A stretch of 64,000 nucleotides of DNA from Gnetum montanum (GCA_015680685.1 MNCI01002316.1:1-64000); one strand, 5' to 3'. Shown: positions 14,867 to 28,626, counted from the stretch's first letter. Notes: generated by a model not told the origin, from the sequence alone. Numbers and translations are program-made.

Positions 14867-15078
14867 TAACCCCATGATTGCCTAGAAACTTGTCCTTTAG
14901 TAAAAGCAAAAGGATAGAGTTTCTTACAAAATTGGGAGGTATACTCAAACTTTAACATGACTACTTATATACATGACTTCTTGACTCTAAATGCTACATT
15001 GTGGTCAAGTGGTCCATTACAAAATTTTCATGCTTGGCATGATGGAAATATTTGATAATAAAAAACAAACAAAAAATG

Positions 15079-17864
15079 CTAAAGCTTGATGTAGCCTTTA
15101 AGCTCCCAGTGGTGGTGGCTCCTCCATCAATCTCTTTTCTTTATCATTGGTCTTCTAAAATTGATAATAGTTGAGTAGTACCTAATGCTTCTCCTTCTCT
15201 GATCTTGGATAATGTATATTTCAAGTGAATTCCACAATGTTTGATGGCATTGTTACTTTCCATGGGCATGGTAGCTATAGAAACATTTTATTGACTTTCA
15301 CATACCAAGTTGCAAACTACCTCCTTTCTTCCTCAAATGCCTTGGCCACCTTTCTTAATTCTTGGAAATCTATCATTTGTCAAGCCAATTTTGCTACTAC
15401 ATGTTTCTGATCTTGGTATCTAGCCTTCATTATTTCAAGCTCAGAATTTGCAATATGCAATTTCTATTATGCATCCTTCCTATCTGCAAACTCTTTTTCA
15501 TACATGACATATACTGCAACTACCTATTGTTCTAGCTCATTTCTTAGTCTACTTGCTATTAACATGGCCACATTAGCATATTGTAGCTTTGCTAATCCCA
15601 TGTATTCATTGAGATCTTCTATATGTAGGTCTTTATTTTTCACTTTAACTTGATGGACATGGGTGAGGCTATCTAGGCTTAGCTACCAATCAGGTGTCTA
15701 TGTAGTGATTGAATTGATTTTGGCTTTAGCCATTTGGATTTCTTTTTCATTAACTTGCTTGTACATGTCCAATTGGTTACTAAAGTATTTCTTGAGACAT
15801 TCTTGTTTCTTGGCCTTATTCTACCATGCTCTAATTTCAATTACTGATTTTTTATGGATAGCACACACTTCTTTCATTGAAAAGATTTGGTTTTCTCTAG
15901 CCAATTTGCTCATGTCTTGGTTGAATCTAATAAACTATTCTCTCAACTAATGGATAGTTTCTTTGAGAACATTTTTTTGCTTCTTGATGTTTCTCAACCT
16001 TGTGTTCTCAATAGCAATTCTCTTGTTCTCTTCTTCTAGGGTAGTTATGGCTTTAACATGTACATAAGTTTGGGCTTCTGCCACAAATACATTCCATACT
16101 ACCTTTTTTTTTCTCCATCTCTACTTAGATATTTCTAAATATGAGTTTATTTACTTGTTCAGTTTTGAATTTATCTAGCTATTTTGACACTACATACTAT
16201 GTAGGGTCTCTTCTATTTGCTCTTGGGGCTACTAATTCATCTTGCAACCTCTACACTTCATTTTCTGCATGTTCGGCTCTTATTTTGGCCATTACTAGCT
16301 TATCTTTTGTAGAGATTAGATTTGAATGAACTACAATTATATCACTAGGAATATCAAAGAGAGTTTGCATAAATTTTCCTATTTGCAGCAATCGATCCCA
16401 AATATCTTCATGTTTTGCTGGGGTCATGGATGTTCTGGCTAACATCTCAACATCTTTGGTTTTAGTAATATCAATCAATGGCATAATCAAAACATTAAAT
16501 AATTTATTAATATAATATGTGATTACTTTTGGTACTCTTGATGCATCTTGATGTTGCATCACCACTATCATGGCTCCTTCTCCTATTTCTAGCATAACCT
16601 AGAAAGATGTAGCATTCCCAAAAATCTACTATGCATAATCTTCATCCTCTCTTGCCTATAATGAGGCTTAACCAGTAGTAGTTCCTATTGATACTACAAG
16701 CCTTATGGACCTATCTCTTACTTTGTATAATGTAGAACCTTCCCTACTCCCCCAACTTATTGTTTTTGCAATCTACTGTAGGTGGCTCATGGATGGTTTG
16801 TAATCTTGTTGAGCTAGTGAAGCACTTAATATAGGTCTATCACCAACTAGTGTTGATCCACTGGATCCTACTTACTCTTGCCCAATTGTTGGGACATTGC
16901 TTAATGGTGTTGAACATGTTGCTTCTTCAATGCTTACTAGAGTTTTTAGTTGATCTTTCTTTGGTGGCACTGGTTTAGACATTTCTACATATGATGCATT
17001 GTAGGCTTTTCAAAAAACATCATTGGTGTAGCCCAAAATCTTGGCTTGCTTACATAATCTTCTAATGAGGTAAGGGAATGGTATTGTGAGTTTCCTTGCC
17101 TTCTTCTCTTCAAACCTTCTTTGAATTTCTAAGAGGAGTAAATAAGCTATGTTGACATTGAATTTCTCCATGAGAATGGCATTTCCTCTAGTGACGTAGT
17201 GGGGAAATTCTATTGAGCCTTTTGATGAGAAAAATATGGTTGGTTTCATTTTTGAAATATATTTTATCTTTAGTAGTCAATTCACTATATTCTTTATCTT
17301 CTTTTCCATAAGCTCTTTGTAGCCACAACTTCTTTGCATTTGTATCAAATTTGGTAGAGATCTATGCTATGTTTGCTTTGACATTTGGGATATTAAGTAC
17401 CTTGGCAATGGCTTCAACTAAATAAGGAAAAAAGAATCCTTCAATTTTTACCATAGGATCATCTTGCTTATTCTTCAAAAAATGGTAGACCATTTGCCAT
17501 TACATGATAGAGTTGGTCATAAAGAAGAGGTTGAGAGTTGGGTTCAAATACTCTATGGGGAAAACTCCATGAATGGTCTGAAATCCAACTCCATAATCAC
17601 TATGGACATGATTGACTTTTCTTAGATTACCTAGAGACATTTTGCTGATAGCGTGAGGTGTTATCCTTTCCCTAGAGCTAGTGGTTCTTTAGCCTCATCC
17701 TATGCAAATTATTCTATGGCAAGTGTCTATTAGTGAATGCTGACGGTTTGGGCTTCCTGCTCCACTTGCAAGGTTTTTTCTTTGGCTTACCCTCTACCTC
17801 AAACTCTTAGTTTTTTACTTCTGTGCTATGAAAATCCTTTTGTTGTGAGTCTTTTGGAAGCCAT
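15079..17864 (-). pseudogene. Degenerate Athila env-like ORF2 (plant transposon protein domain plus coiled-coil C-terminus)
   Basis: Acceptor-like TGATTGTAG directly before ATGGCTTCC at 17864. The motif FNVNIAYLLLLEI...IPFPYLIRRLC (17010-17249) is typical of Athila ORF2. E/K/Q-rich helical remnants at 15200-16400. Confidence 0.65.
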
Positions 17865-20800
17865 CTACAATCAGCAAAGATTTTTTTGAGTGTATCCAAG
17901 GATTTTAAATAGGTTTCTAATAGTTCATAATCCTTTCTCGATTCTGGAAATTGGTCACAAGTTTATTCTTATTATCTCTTGTGGATCTTGTTATGGTTGC
18001 AAAGTTTGAAAAATGTCAAAAAGAAACCATTAATTGTTATATCTTTGATTGTTATGGCCTTTCACAAATAGTATTTTCTTCCTTCTTATGTGTTTGGATG
18101 GGTCGTTAGGCATGTTATGTTTCATTGGTTCCTATTCTATTGGTTGATCAAGATTTTATTTGATAGTTCTTATCCTTACCTTTAATATACTCTTCTAGGT
18201 GTTAGAAAAATTTGTCTCAATTTGACTCTTCTACATGCAATGCTCTCCTCCACAACTAAGTTTATTACTTTGTGATCAAGAAGGTTCAAGAATCATGTAA
18301 ATTGGAGCTACAGTGAGAGAGTTATGGAGCTTGAAAGTTTGATTGTCAAAGACATAGAAAAAGAGCATGAACTTCCTTTGCTAGAAAAGAGAAGACTAAA
18401 AAATTTTCTAACACCTTGCACATATATATAGATTTTTGTCAATGTGACATCATAGTTGTAACATCATAAGACCTAATACATTGTAAATGTGTTGTTGCCA
18501 TTGAAAATTTTGATTTTACAACAATTTTTGATGAAAAAGTTAAGTCAAATGAATAGTTTGAAAGATGTGGAGGTGGTCTAAATAGATCTTAATCATAAAT
18601 GATGCTTAGAATGTAGAAATTTGGTGATAAAAGATCATGAAGTAGGAATCTTTGGCAAAGAAGCTCAATGGGATGTATAAGAGATGGTAGTAAGGGTTGC
18701 CAAAATTATGATTGGTCATGAGAATATAGAAAAGTGGAAATTGATGGTTGAAGTGTCTTGGAGGCACAAGATGATGTGAAATTATTCATCAAGTATGAAT
18801 CACAAGAGTTATACAAGTGGATCCTCCCCAAAGCAGGTTTTAACCCTTAATGCCTTTCATAACCATGCCTACAAGTATCCATAAGCACTCAAGGATTTGA
18901 ATGTAAAACTTACTTGTCTTGCAAAACATACATGTTAACATCACCAAAATGAGAAATACTACTATATTATATAGAACCATTGAATTATGATTATATATAA
19001 TAGTCATGCAAAATGGGAGTAGAAAGTGTTTCAGAAATTGGGACATGAGGTGTCCTACCATAGGCATAATAAATTCTTGTATGTGATATATGGTTAAAGG
19101 GATCATTAGCCCTTCCATCCAACATTCAAACTAAGTCCATACCATTTACCACTGACATTGAATAACATCATTCCAAAACTAACCATAAGACTACCACTAT
19201 TGTAAGAAGTATTAACACTTGGAAAAGGGGTTTAAGGAAGTAGTTTATTAATAGCAAACTCAAATATTTTTATATTTCTAAGAAGTCACCTACCTTCATG
19301 CCTAGATAACATGTCTTTCTAGTGGGATCCCCAAAAATTTTTATTCTGTGCATTTCTTATGTTTTTACTATGTCAACCTTACCAGAAAACTATCTTCAAG
19401 CATGGGTAACATGTCTTTCCAATGACATGGTAAGGCAACACTTATTTTATACATACTTTCATTAGAACTTAAATAAATAATACAATCTTGACAACAAAAT
19501 AAAACTTATAGTAGTAGCATTAGAGAATCCACAAATCTCCTTGATGTCACATGCTTTTCATTCCCACTTGGTTCTTTACTTTTTTATCTAGGCATAATGA
19601 TCCACAAGTTTATTTTAGTTTTATTGTAAAAAGAATATCATTATGGCCATGGTGAGAACCTCTTATTGTTGGAAATGGTTAGGTGATGTAGTTTCACTGT
19701 ATATAGAATTAGTCCTTCAATGATTTGATAATATAGGAAAATATTCACATTATTGGAACTACATGTTGCTTTATTCCTTTGCGCTTTATTAGAAAAATCA
19801 ATAAAAATATGTACAAAACAAATGATGAAAAATCATGGAAAAATGATAAGAATCAAAAATTATAGAAAAAAATTTAAAAGATATTAAAAAATAGAAAATG
19901 ATTAAGAAATGATAAAAGTATAAAAGAATAGAAAAAATATCAAAGAATATGAAAACGTAGTAAGAAAAGAAAATATTTAGTGCTCAAGTGTCAAATTGGA
20001 CACCCCCATGACTATTATTAAAAATAGTTAACCTCAAGATGGAATGGATTGAAGGTAGTTCGTTAGACTAGGTAGAATCCATAGAGGAGTTGGGATATTC
20101 ATAGAATGGTTTGACTTATTGAATATTAACCAAGATGATATTTCTTGTATTGGTTGGATGATAGATTTGCATGACACCTGATTAGTATGTTGCATGGATA
20201 ATGTAGGGTCCCTTCCATAGGGTTTGGAATATAGCCTTTTGTGGCACATGATTGGGACTGTAATAGAGGACTTTATTGCTTGGTTGGATTGATACTTGTC
20301 TTATTCTAGCATCATGCTTACATTTGGAGTATTTCTTGTAAATCTTATTACTCATCAAAGCTACAAGTCTGTTTTCCTCTAAAAGGTTGAGATTCATTAG
20401 ACGTTCCTTTTGTGCTAAGCTTAAGTCTAGGTCAAGTATACTAGTAGTAGCTAAAGTTTGAAACTATGCTTGGATTGGTAGTGTAAGAGTATCCAATTAT
20501 CTAGTTCATAGGACAAATATCCTATTGGGAGTTTCCATCTAGATCTATATACCCATAGAGCATCATTTAGCTTAGTGCTCCAATCCTTTCTAAATTGACA
20601 GACTATTCTAGTTAATATTCTCGTGATTTCTTAGTTAGTCACTTTTGCATGACCATTTTCTTGGGGATGGTATGGTGTAGTTAACTTATGATTCACCCCA
20701 AGTTGTTACATTAGCTTTTTAAATGTAGCTATTGTAAAATGAGTTTCATTGTTGGATATAAGCATGCATGGTACTATAAATCTATTCACCACATGTTGTT

Positions 20801-22576
20801 GAAAGAACTTGATAGTTGTTTTAGCTATGTAATCCTTGACTATAATTACTTCTGCCCACTTGGTACAATAATCAACTATCACTATGATGTAAGATTCACC
20901 ATTAGATGTTGGTGTGATGGATCCCATAAAATTAATTTTCCAAATATCGAATGGTTTCAATGGCTATATCTATTGCTATGATTCTTTATTTCTAGCCTTT
21001 AATTCTTTGTCACATTGACATCTTTCACAAGATTTGATGAATTGGTATGCATCCCTGAATATGGTAGGCCAAAAGTAGCCTTCCATCATTAGCTTCAATG
21101 TTGTTCTGCGTCCTATGTAGTGATCACCACATGGTCCCTCATGCACATATTGTAGAATTCTTTGTTGGTTCTCTTCTGGAACACATCATCTAACTAGTCC
21201 ATTGACACATATCTTGTAAATATTTTCATTAATTTCCATATACTATTTAACTCTATTAAGGAATTGTTCTTTTTATTTCTTGTTCCACTCAATAGGAAGC
21301 TCTTATGTAGTGAGATAAGTCATGTAGTCAATAATCCATGACTTTTCTGTTGAGTTGATAGCCATTGTTATCTTTCTACACAAAATTTCATCAAGAAATT
21401 AATTTGATAATGATTCATTCTATTCTTACAATTCCCATCTTAGCTTGACAAAAGATCAACCACAACATATTCAGTTCCTTTGTTGTCTATCATAATAATG
21501 TAAAACTCTTGTAATATCACAAGCCATCGTATCATCCTTGGATTGACTACAAGTTTATTTAGTAGAAATATAATGGTACAATGATCCATGTGGACATAAA
21601 TAGGACACCCAAGCACATAATGCCTAAAATTTTCTAGTGCATAGACCATGGGCATAAGCTCCTTTTTTGTAGTGGTGTAATTAATTTGCACTCTAGTGAT
21701 GCTTTGACTAGTGCAATGTATATAGTGCGGTCTTTTCTAATCATCAAGCTAAGTGAGTACTACTCCCAATACATAGTTTTAAGCATTTGTCATAATGTGG
21801 AAGGGTTTAAACCAATCAAGAGCTCGAAGGATTGGTGTTTTGATTAGTTTCTATTTTAATGTCTCAAATGCCTTCTCACACTATTCTATCCATTGGAATA
21901 GTGCATCTTTCTTTGTAAGTTCTACTAGCCATTTTGATATCTTTGAAAAGTTTTCAATAAATCTTCTCTAATATCCTGTATGATCAAGGAATGATCTAAC
22001 ATCCTTAATAGTTTGTGGCCTTTAGGTGATGTTTTAAATGACTCTTATCTTATCAAGATCTACCTTTATTCTTTTTAAGATATTTTATGTCCCAAAACAA
22101 TAACATCTTGGACCATTAAAGGACTTTTCTACCAATTGATCTTTAGATTAGTTTCAACACATCTTTTTATATCCTACTCTAATCGGTCTAAGGCTTGTTT
22201 GAATTCTAGCCCATATGTGGAAAAGTCATCCATAAAGACTTCCACTCCATTGTCAACTTGTTTCTAGAAGATACTCAGTACAAGTCCTTGTAAGGTAGTG
22301 AGAGCATTATACAAGTCAAAAGGCATCTACTTGTAAGCAAAAATCCCTCATGAACTAGTGAATGTAGTCTTCTTTGATTTTCTAGTGCAATGTAGCTTTG
22401 GTTATATCCATTGTACCCATCAAGGAAACTATAGTACTAATGTCTTGTAATATATCAAGGACTTGGTTAACAAATGGTAGAGGAAAGTGATCCTTGAATG
22501 TTACTGAATTCAACAACTAAAAGTTGATGCAAATCCTCCACTTACGATGTTTCTTTGGGACAATGACTAAGGGACT

Positions 22577-23873
22577 TGTACTGACCTAAATCGTCGGTGT
22601 AAGGCTGGAATGGAAACAGACACCGAGAGATCATCGGGCAGCCTCAGCTGACCCTGCCTTCGCTTGAGGGCAAGCTGTAAAAGGGAACGAAGGCAGAGTG
22701 CCTTGGATGGGTTGCACGCAAATCAACCAAGGAGTTCCCCAAGCGTAAGCTACGGCTAGCGCTGGGGTTATCGTAAATGGTATGTAAATGGAATGCAAAC
22801 AGCGATACGAAATGTAAATAAAGCGTACTGAATTATGAATGAAGCATAAACAAAGTTATATTTGTAAAACATAAACAGAACTAAACAATGTAAATGGGAG
22901 GCAATAATGAAACTATATTATATTATTTAAAAAAAATGTGCACCGGTCAAAGCGTAGTTGCACAAGTGTGAATGGCAAGTCAAACGCCTAGCCCTGGAAA
23001 GATATGACACGATGATGCGACGATGAAATGGGATGAACGTGAGAAGAACTTGGAAGCCAAAAATCGGATGTGCCAAGCACCCAAGGATTGCATGTTCTGT
23101 CCTCCTTCAGAATTTCCAATCTTTCCAATCTTTGCCTCTTCCAATCTTCTTCTCTCTTGATGCTTTTGCTTTGCTTCTCTTCCCTCCCCCTAGTTTGTGT
23201 GAATTGATAGGGTATTTATAGGGTTGGGCTAGGGTTTTCTTTGACCAGGTTCAATGTATTTTACAATTTGTGGGTCATTCAAGCCCATAAAAAAATACAA
23301 ATTAGAAATACAAGCCCTTAAGTGATAAAAAAAATTTAAAAAAATTTAAAAAGATTAGCCCCAACCCTGGCCCGCTTGGAAAAATTATATTTCTTTTTTT
23401 TTTTTGCTGAATATTTGGCCTGATTTTGCTTGGGCTTTCTTTTCCCTTTGCCATTTTTTTGATTTTTTGAAAAAGAAAATCAAAAAGGATTAACACTGCC
23501 TCGCTTGTCTAGCATCCAGCGTGACTTGCAATGTGACCTGCAGTGTGACCTCCAAAACTTGCAATTTTGAGCTGAAATCTGGAATTTTTGAAGGCTAGGA
23601 CCCATAGTTATCAATAGTGGACCTTGAGGACGACTTACACCGTTAAAATCAAGTCATTTTGGCTCAGTTTTGGGGCTCTAAAAATTGGTGACGCTGATCC
23701 TTACGCTGTGCAGCGTCTGTGGGCCCCAGGGGAACCTTGCCTGTTGAATCATGGACCATCGGGGGCTATTTCGGAGGCCTCCAAGTTTGGTCACGCTATA
23801 CTCATGTTAGGAAGCAGCATGACTTAGCTTGATTCTTGTCTAAAAGTGCTAGGCCAAAATTAGTGGTGTTTCA
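22577..23873 (-). mobile_element. Solo LTR (Tat/Ogre-like termini) inserted in the RT of element B
   Basis: TG...CA, 1297 bp, perfect 5-bp TSD GGACT (22572-22576 and 23874-23878). RT resumes on both sides. The terminus ..CAAAATTAGTGGTGTTTCA matches the LTR ends at 41551, 59866 and 62831. CpG is retained. Confidence 0.93.
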
Positions 23874-25278
23874 GGACTAATCCATTCACTATCTACTATT
23901 GGGTAGATGAACCATACTTTTAAAAGTTTTTCTAGTTCTTTCTTGACCACTTCTTTGAGTTTAGGATTGAATCTTCTTTGAGGTTGGTAGTGAGGTTTGA
24001 TAATTGGATATGTATAGATTTGATGTTGACATATGCATGGATCTATACCTATTATTTCATCATAGGACCATCAAATGCCATGGGACATTTATTTACCACT
24101 TCTAATAATCTTCTCTTTTGGTCTTTATCAAGATTGGCATTAATAATTACCAATTTTTTGTGATTCAAAAAAGCATACTCTAGTACATTTGGTAGGGCTT
24201 TCAGTTTTAAAGGTTCTAGTTCATACTTGTCCTAGATCTCTAACTGTTCCCATTTAATGTCTTCTTCTTACTATGATTATATGTAGAAATGTTGTCTTCT
24301 TAATTATTCTAACCTATCAATTTCTTCAACATAGGCGCTCATGATTTTTTTAAATTATTCCATGCACATATTAGACTCTGTTTCTTTTTCAGTAATCAAC
24401 CACTAGGTGCTTTCTTGTTTGGTGGCTACTGCATATAGATACTATTGCATACACATATCTTCTATATATTGATTGCATGCTTTATTGGTTTCCTATTTTA
24501 TGGCCCATATTTTCTACACACAATCGCACTTATTATCGTTGTATGCGATACTTCGAATCCGATGCCTCTATATGATCCTAGCTTCATCTTCCTTGAAGAT
24601 TTCCAAGAACAAGTCTCTGATCTCTAGCTTCTTCAAGCTCTAGTTAAATATTACTCTTCTTTAGTGGAGGAAGATTCCAAGCTTTGTACATGTCTTGTCA
24701 AATCAAATTCACTCCTGACCTAGAATCTAGTAGAGCTTTGCATGGTTTGTGTATTGCTATTTGGAAATATACTAAGGGACTTCTTGGATCTATTCTCTTC
24801 TTGGGAAGTGCTCCTGCCTTGATCCAATACATTATAGTTTGAGTGAGCATGACTGTGGTCAACTTTAGATTTGTAGAATGTGGAAGCTTGGTGTTCCCTT
24901 GAGGAATATGTGTAGATGGGATTGATGTAGGTGAAGTTCCCATCCTTTGAACCCTTTTTGGACTTATTCTGAAAAATGGACATTTCCTAGATCTAGGTTC
25001 ATTTACTAGCACATCCTCTTGTGTATTCACTACCCTAGTAGCATTCTTTTGCTATGGTTGTGTTGGTAGTTCTCCTTACATGACCAATGACAATACTAGT
25101 GGTAGGGAGTTAGGAGGTTGAATTGATAAACCAACTATTGGTTGATGTGCATAAGAATTGGGATCGATTTGTAGTGTAGTGGATCTATGATACTCAAGTG
25201 GATAATAGTGAGAGGAGGTATGGACTAAAGCATTCCCCAAAGATATTGGATACGTAATATCCATAAGAATCTAGTTGC

Positions 25279-25500
25279 TTGTATGGATATTATTTAAAAG
25301 TTTCCTATCTTACACCTAAAATTCCAATTAGATCTCGCAACTTAATCAACAAGCTTCTTTTGAGTTCACATCGACTCAAGATAGAAAGTGAGAGATGGAT
25401 TACACTTCCTAGAGAAAAATGCACATGCAGGCTTTGCGGATCAATAGCTCTTGAGGATAAGTAACATGTCTGTCTTGTTTATTGTTTATCCTCAAGAGCA
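25279..25500 (+). mobile_element. 3' fragment of a non-LTR retrotransposon (RTE-X-like C-terminal zinc finger)
   Basis: LLSSHRLKIESERW..PREKCTCRLC....ED*H matches the SSH.L.IE.GRW...R..R.C..C...EDE.H motif of LINE ORF2 C-termini. Confidence 0.7.
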
Positions 25501-26433
25501 AAAAGTTTGTACAACTTATTTTTGTTACATTTTGTAGCACTTAATCACTTTGATGAATCTATTTTTATTTTTCATAAAATGAATATACTTTCTGGTCAAT
25601 AGATCGTTTTTTATCTATGACAATATCTAAAACTTCAGTTTCATAATTGTCTCCTAATCTTTACCATCATTTTCCTTTCTTTGCTTTCCCTATTTCTTTT
25701 CATTCTTGTTTTGCTCATATGTGCATTATTTTCATAATGTTTTTATGCTAGGGCTGGTCATTTAATCGAAAGAAAAAGTTTTAAACATACAATACCCACT
25801 ATCTCTGGTCACGTAATTATTTTCAACTTAATTCCAAGTTTGTAAAATTTTTGTGATTGCACCCAACTATAGGTTGTTTATTTGTTTGATTTCATTCGCC
25901 CAGGTGCCTGTGAGCAATGGTGACACAATATAATTTAGAATATTTTGGCTAGAAATAAAAACTAAGTTGATAAATTTACCGCAATTCACAGCCACAAACC
26001 TGCTTTTTAAAACTGCAATGCAAAATGGAATATTTTAAGTCATAATGCTCCCATCTTTTCTCGAATTCCCAGCTCCGAATTTCAATTTTCATTTATATCA
26101 CATAAACAAACAAAGATCTAGTTTTTCATAAAGATAAACAACAAAAAACAGTTCATGTACTTGACCCATTTTGTTTTGGACAAGGCTAGAATGATGATGA
26201 TGATTCATACCATGATAGGAAGTACGAAGATGGTATCCTTTCAATTTTATCAAAAATAATGCTAAGAAGAAATTGCTTCAAAACAAAAGTTATAAAAAAA
26301 GGGAAAATGCAGAGGACATTATCACAAGGCTTTCCTCATGCATAATACTGGAGACACATGATAATTATATTAAAAAAATTATAGTCAATACAGGATGAAC
26401 AAAACAAAATTATTTGGAAGAAGAATAGGTATC

Positions 26434-26774
26434 TTACATTGACAAAACACACATGTTTAAGTACAACCTGTCCACATTGTATTGTGTGGTTCGCTGCTTT
26501 AAGCTGAGCCTTTTTTTCTTTTCAATTTTGAATGTCATTATACGGATAACATCATCATCAAGTTTCAGCTGTTTTTCTAAACTAGCAATTGCTTCAGGCT
26601 TTGTAAAATATGTGAACAAGAGGTATATTCCATCTACGTAGGTTTTCTTCTCTCCGGAGATCATTCTCTTGCTCACTGCATAAGAGAGTGGTATCAAACC
26701 ACAGTTGAATGCTTCACCACACATTCCACCACTGGGAAGGGTGACGTAGGGGAAATAGGGAAATGAACTAATGT
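26434..26774 (-). pseudogene. RPS6 exon-2 copy F (distal, joined to unique 3' sequence): frameshifted by a 33-bp filler
   Basis: 33 nt (26733-26765) replace 4 nt after TLV, a net +29. Confidence 0.85.
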
Positions 26775-26948
26775 CTGAAAAGTGAATTAAGGTGATTAAA
26801 CTTTTTAAAATTCCATCTCGTAATCAAAGTTGCATATACTGAACAACGACAATAAATAAAAATGATACAAAAAAATCTAGGAACATTTAAAATTTTTTGT
26901 TTTTTAAAATATGAAAACACTAGGAAGATCTGGCGGTATTGTGGTTTA

Positions 26949-27217
26949 CTACTTTAAGCTTAGCCTTTTTTTTTCAATTTTGAATATCATTATACGGATA
27001 ACATCATCATCAAGTTTCAGCTGTTTTTCAAAGCTAGCAATTGCTTCAGGCTTTGTAAAATATGTGAACAAGAGGTATATTCCATCTGCGTAGGTTTTCT
27101 TCTCTCCGAACATCATTCTCTTGCTCACTACATAAAAGAGTGGCATCAAACATAAGAGAGTGGCATCAAACCACGGTTGAATGCTTCAACACACATTCCA
27201 CCACCGACAACTAATGT
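26949..27217 (-). pseudogene. RPS6 exon-2 copy E: acceptor AG to AA plus a 20-bp frameshifting duplication
   Basis: CATAA(A/G)AGAGTGGCATCAAA is duplicated at 27131-27170. Confidence 0.87.
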
Positions 27218-27376
27218 TTGAAAAGTGAATTAAGGCAATTAAACTTTTTAAAATTCCATCTGGTACTCGCAGTCAATCAAAGTTGCATATACTGAACAAA
27301 TAATGACAATAAATAAAAATGATACAAAAAAATCTAGGAACATCTAAAATTTTTTGTTTTTTAAAATATGAAAACA

Positions 27377-27583
27377 CTAAGAAGATTTGGCAGTATCAAG
27401 TTTCAACTGTTTTTCAAAACTAGCAATTGCTTCAAGCTTTGTAAAATATGTGAACAAGAAGTATATTCCATCTACGTAGGTTTTCTTCTCTCCGGACATC
27501 ATTCTCTTGCTCACTGCATAAGAGAGTGGCATCAAACCACGGTTGAATGCTTCAACACACATTCCACCACCGACAACTAATGG
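27377..27583 (-). pseudogene. RPS6 exon-2 copy D: acceptor intact, 3' deletion truncates the protein (..LKLDTAKSS*)
   Basis: TTTTCAG|CCATTAGTT; the DDDVIR..KIEKK segment is deleted at the 27396 junction. Confidence 0.85.
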
Positions 27584-27635
27584 CTGAAAAGTGAATTAAG
27601 GCAATTAAACTTTTTAAAATTCCATCTATAGTCAG

Positions 27636-28007
27636 TCAATCAAAGTTGCATATACTGAACAAATAATGACAATAAATAAAAATGATACAAAAAAATCTGG
27701 AAACATTTGAAATTTTTTGTTTTTTAAAATATGAAAACACGGTATTGTGGTTCGTTGCTTTAAGGTAGCCTTTTTTCTTTTCAATTTTGAATATCATTAT
27801 ACGAATAACATCATTATCAAGTTTCGGCTGTTTTTCAAAACTAGCAATTGCTTCAGGCTTTGTAAAATATGTGAACAAGAGGTATATTCCATCTACATAG
27901 GTTTTCTTCTCTCCCGACATCATTCTCTTGCTCACTGCATAAGAGAGTGGCATCAAACCATGGTTGAATGCTTCAACACACATTCCACCACCATCGGCAA
28001 CTAATGT
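27636..28007 (-). pseudogene. RPS6 exon-2 copy C: acceptor mutated AG to AA
   Basis: TTTTCAA|ACA; otherwise nearly identical to copy B. Confidence 0.85.
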
Positions 28008-28060
28008 TTGAAAAGTGAATTAAGGCGATTAAACTTTTTAAAATTCTATCTGGTACTCAG

Positions 28061-28429
28061 TCAATCAAAGTTGCATATACTGAACAAATAATGACAATAA
28101 ATAAAAATGATACAAAAAAATCTGGGAACATTTGAAATTTTTTGTTTTTTAAAATATGAAAACACAGTATTGTGGTTCGCTGCTTTAAGGTAGCCTTTTT
28201 TCATTTCAATTTTGAATGTCATTATACGAATAACATCATCATCAAGTTTCAGCTGTTTTTCAAAACTAGCAATTGCTTCAGGCTTTGTAAAATATGTGAA
28301 CAAGAGGTATATTCCATCTACATAGGTTTTCTTCTCTCCCGACATCATTCTCTTGCTCACTGCATAAGAGAGTGGCATCAAACCATGGTTAAATGCTTCA
28401 ACACACATTCCACCATCGACAACTAATGT
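28061..28429 (-). other. RPS6 exon-2 copy B: intact acceptor, in frame, stop lost, giving a ~43-aa C-terminal extension
   Basis: TTTTCAG|ACATTAGTTGTCGATGGTGGAATG; the ORF reads to 28061. Confidence 0.85.
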
Positions 28430-28626
28430 CTGAAAAGTGAATTAAGGCGATTAAACTTTTTAAAATTTCATCTGGTACTCAGTCAATCAAAGTTGCATAT
28501 ACTGAACAAATAATGACAATAAATAAAAATGATACAAAAAAATCTGAGAACATTTGAAATTTTTTGTTTTTTAAAATATGAAAACACTAAGAAGATCTGG
28601 CGGTATTGTGGTTCACTGCTTTAAGC

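Larger units (their letters stand above)
13960..25275 (-). mobile_element. Athila-like Ty3/Gypsy element B (same family as A, opposite strand, 5'-truncated; pol, env-like ORF2 and 3' LTR)
   Basis: Reverse-complement LTR at 13960-14866 with PPT-like GGCAATCATGGGGTTA. Minus-strand protease (KALLDSRSGVNLI, 24698-25030), RT ~22000-24200, RNase H 21440-21691 and integrase 20706-20960 (PFDIW.INFMG..YIIVIVDYCTKWAE). Confidence 0.92.
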
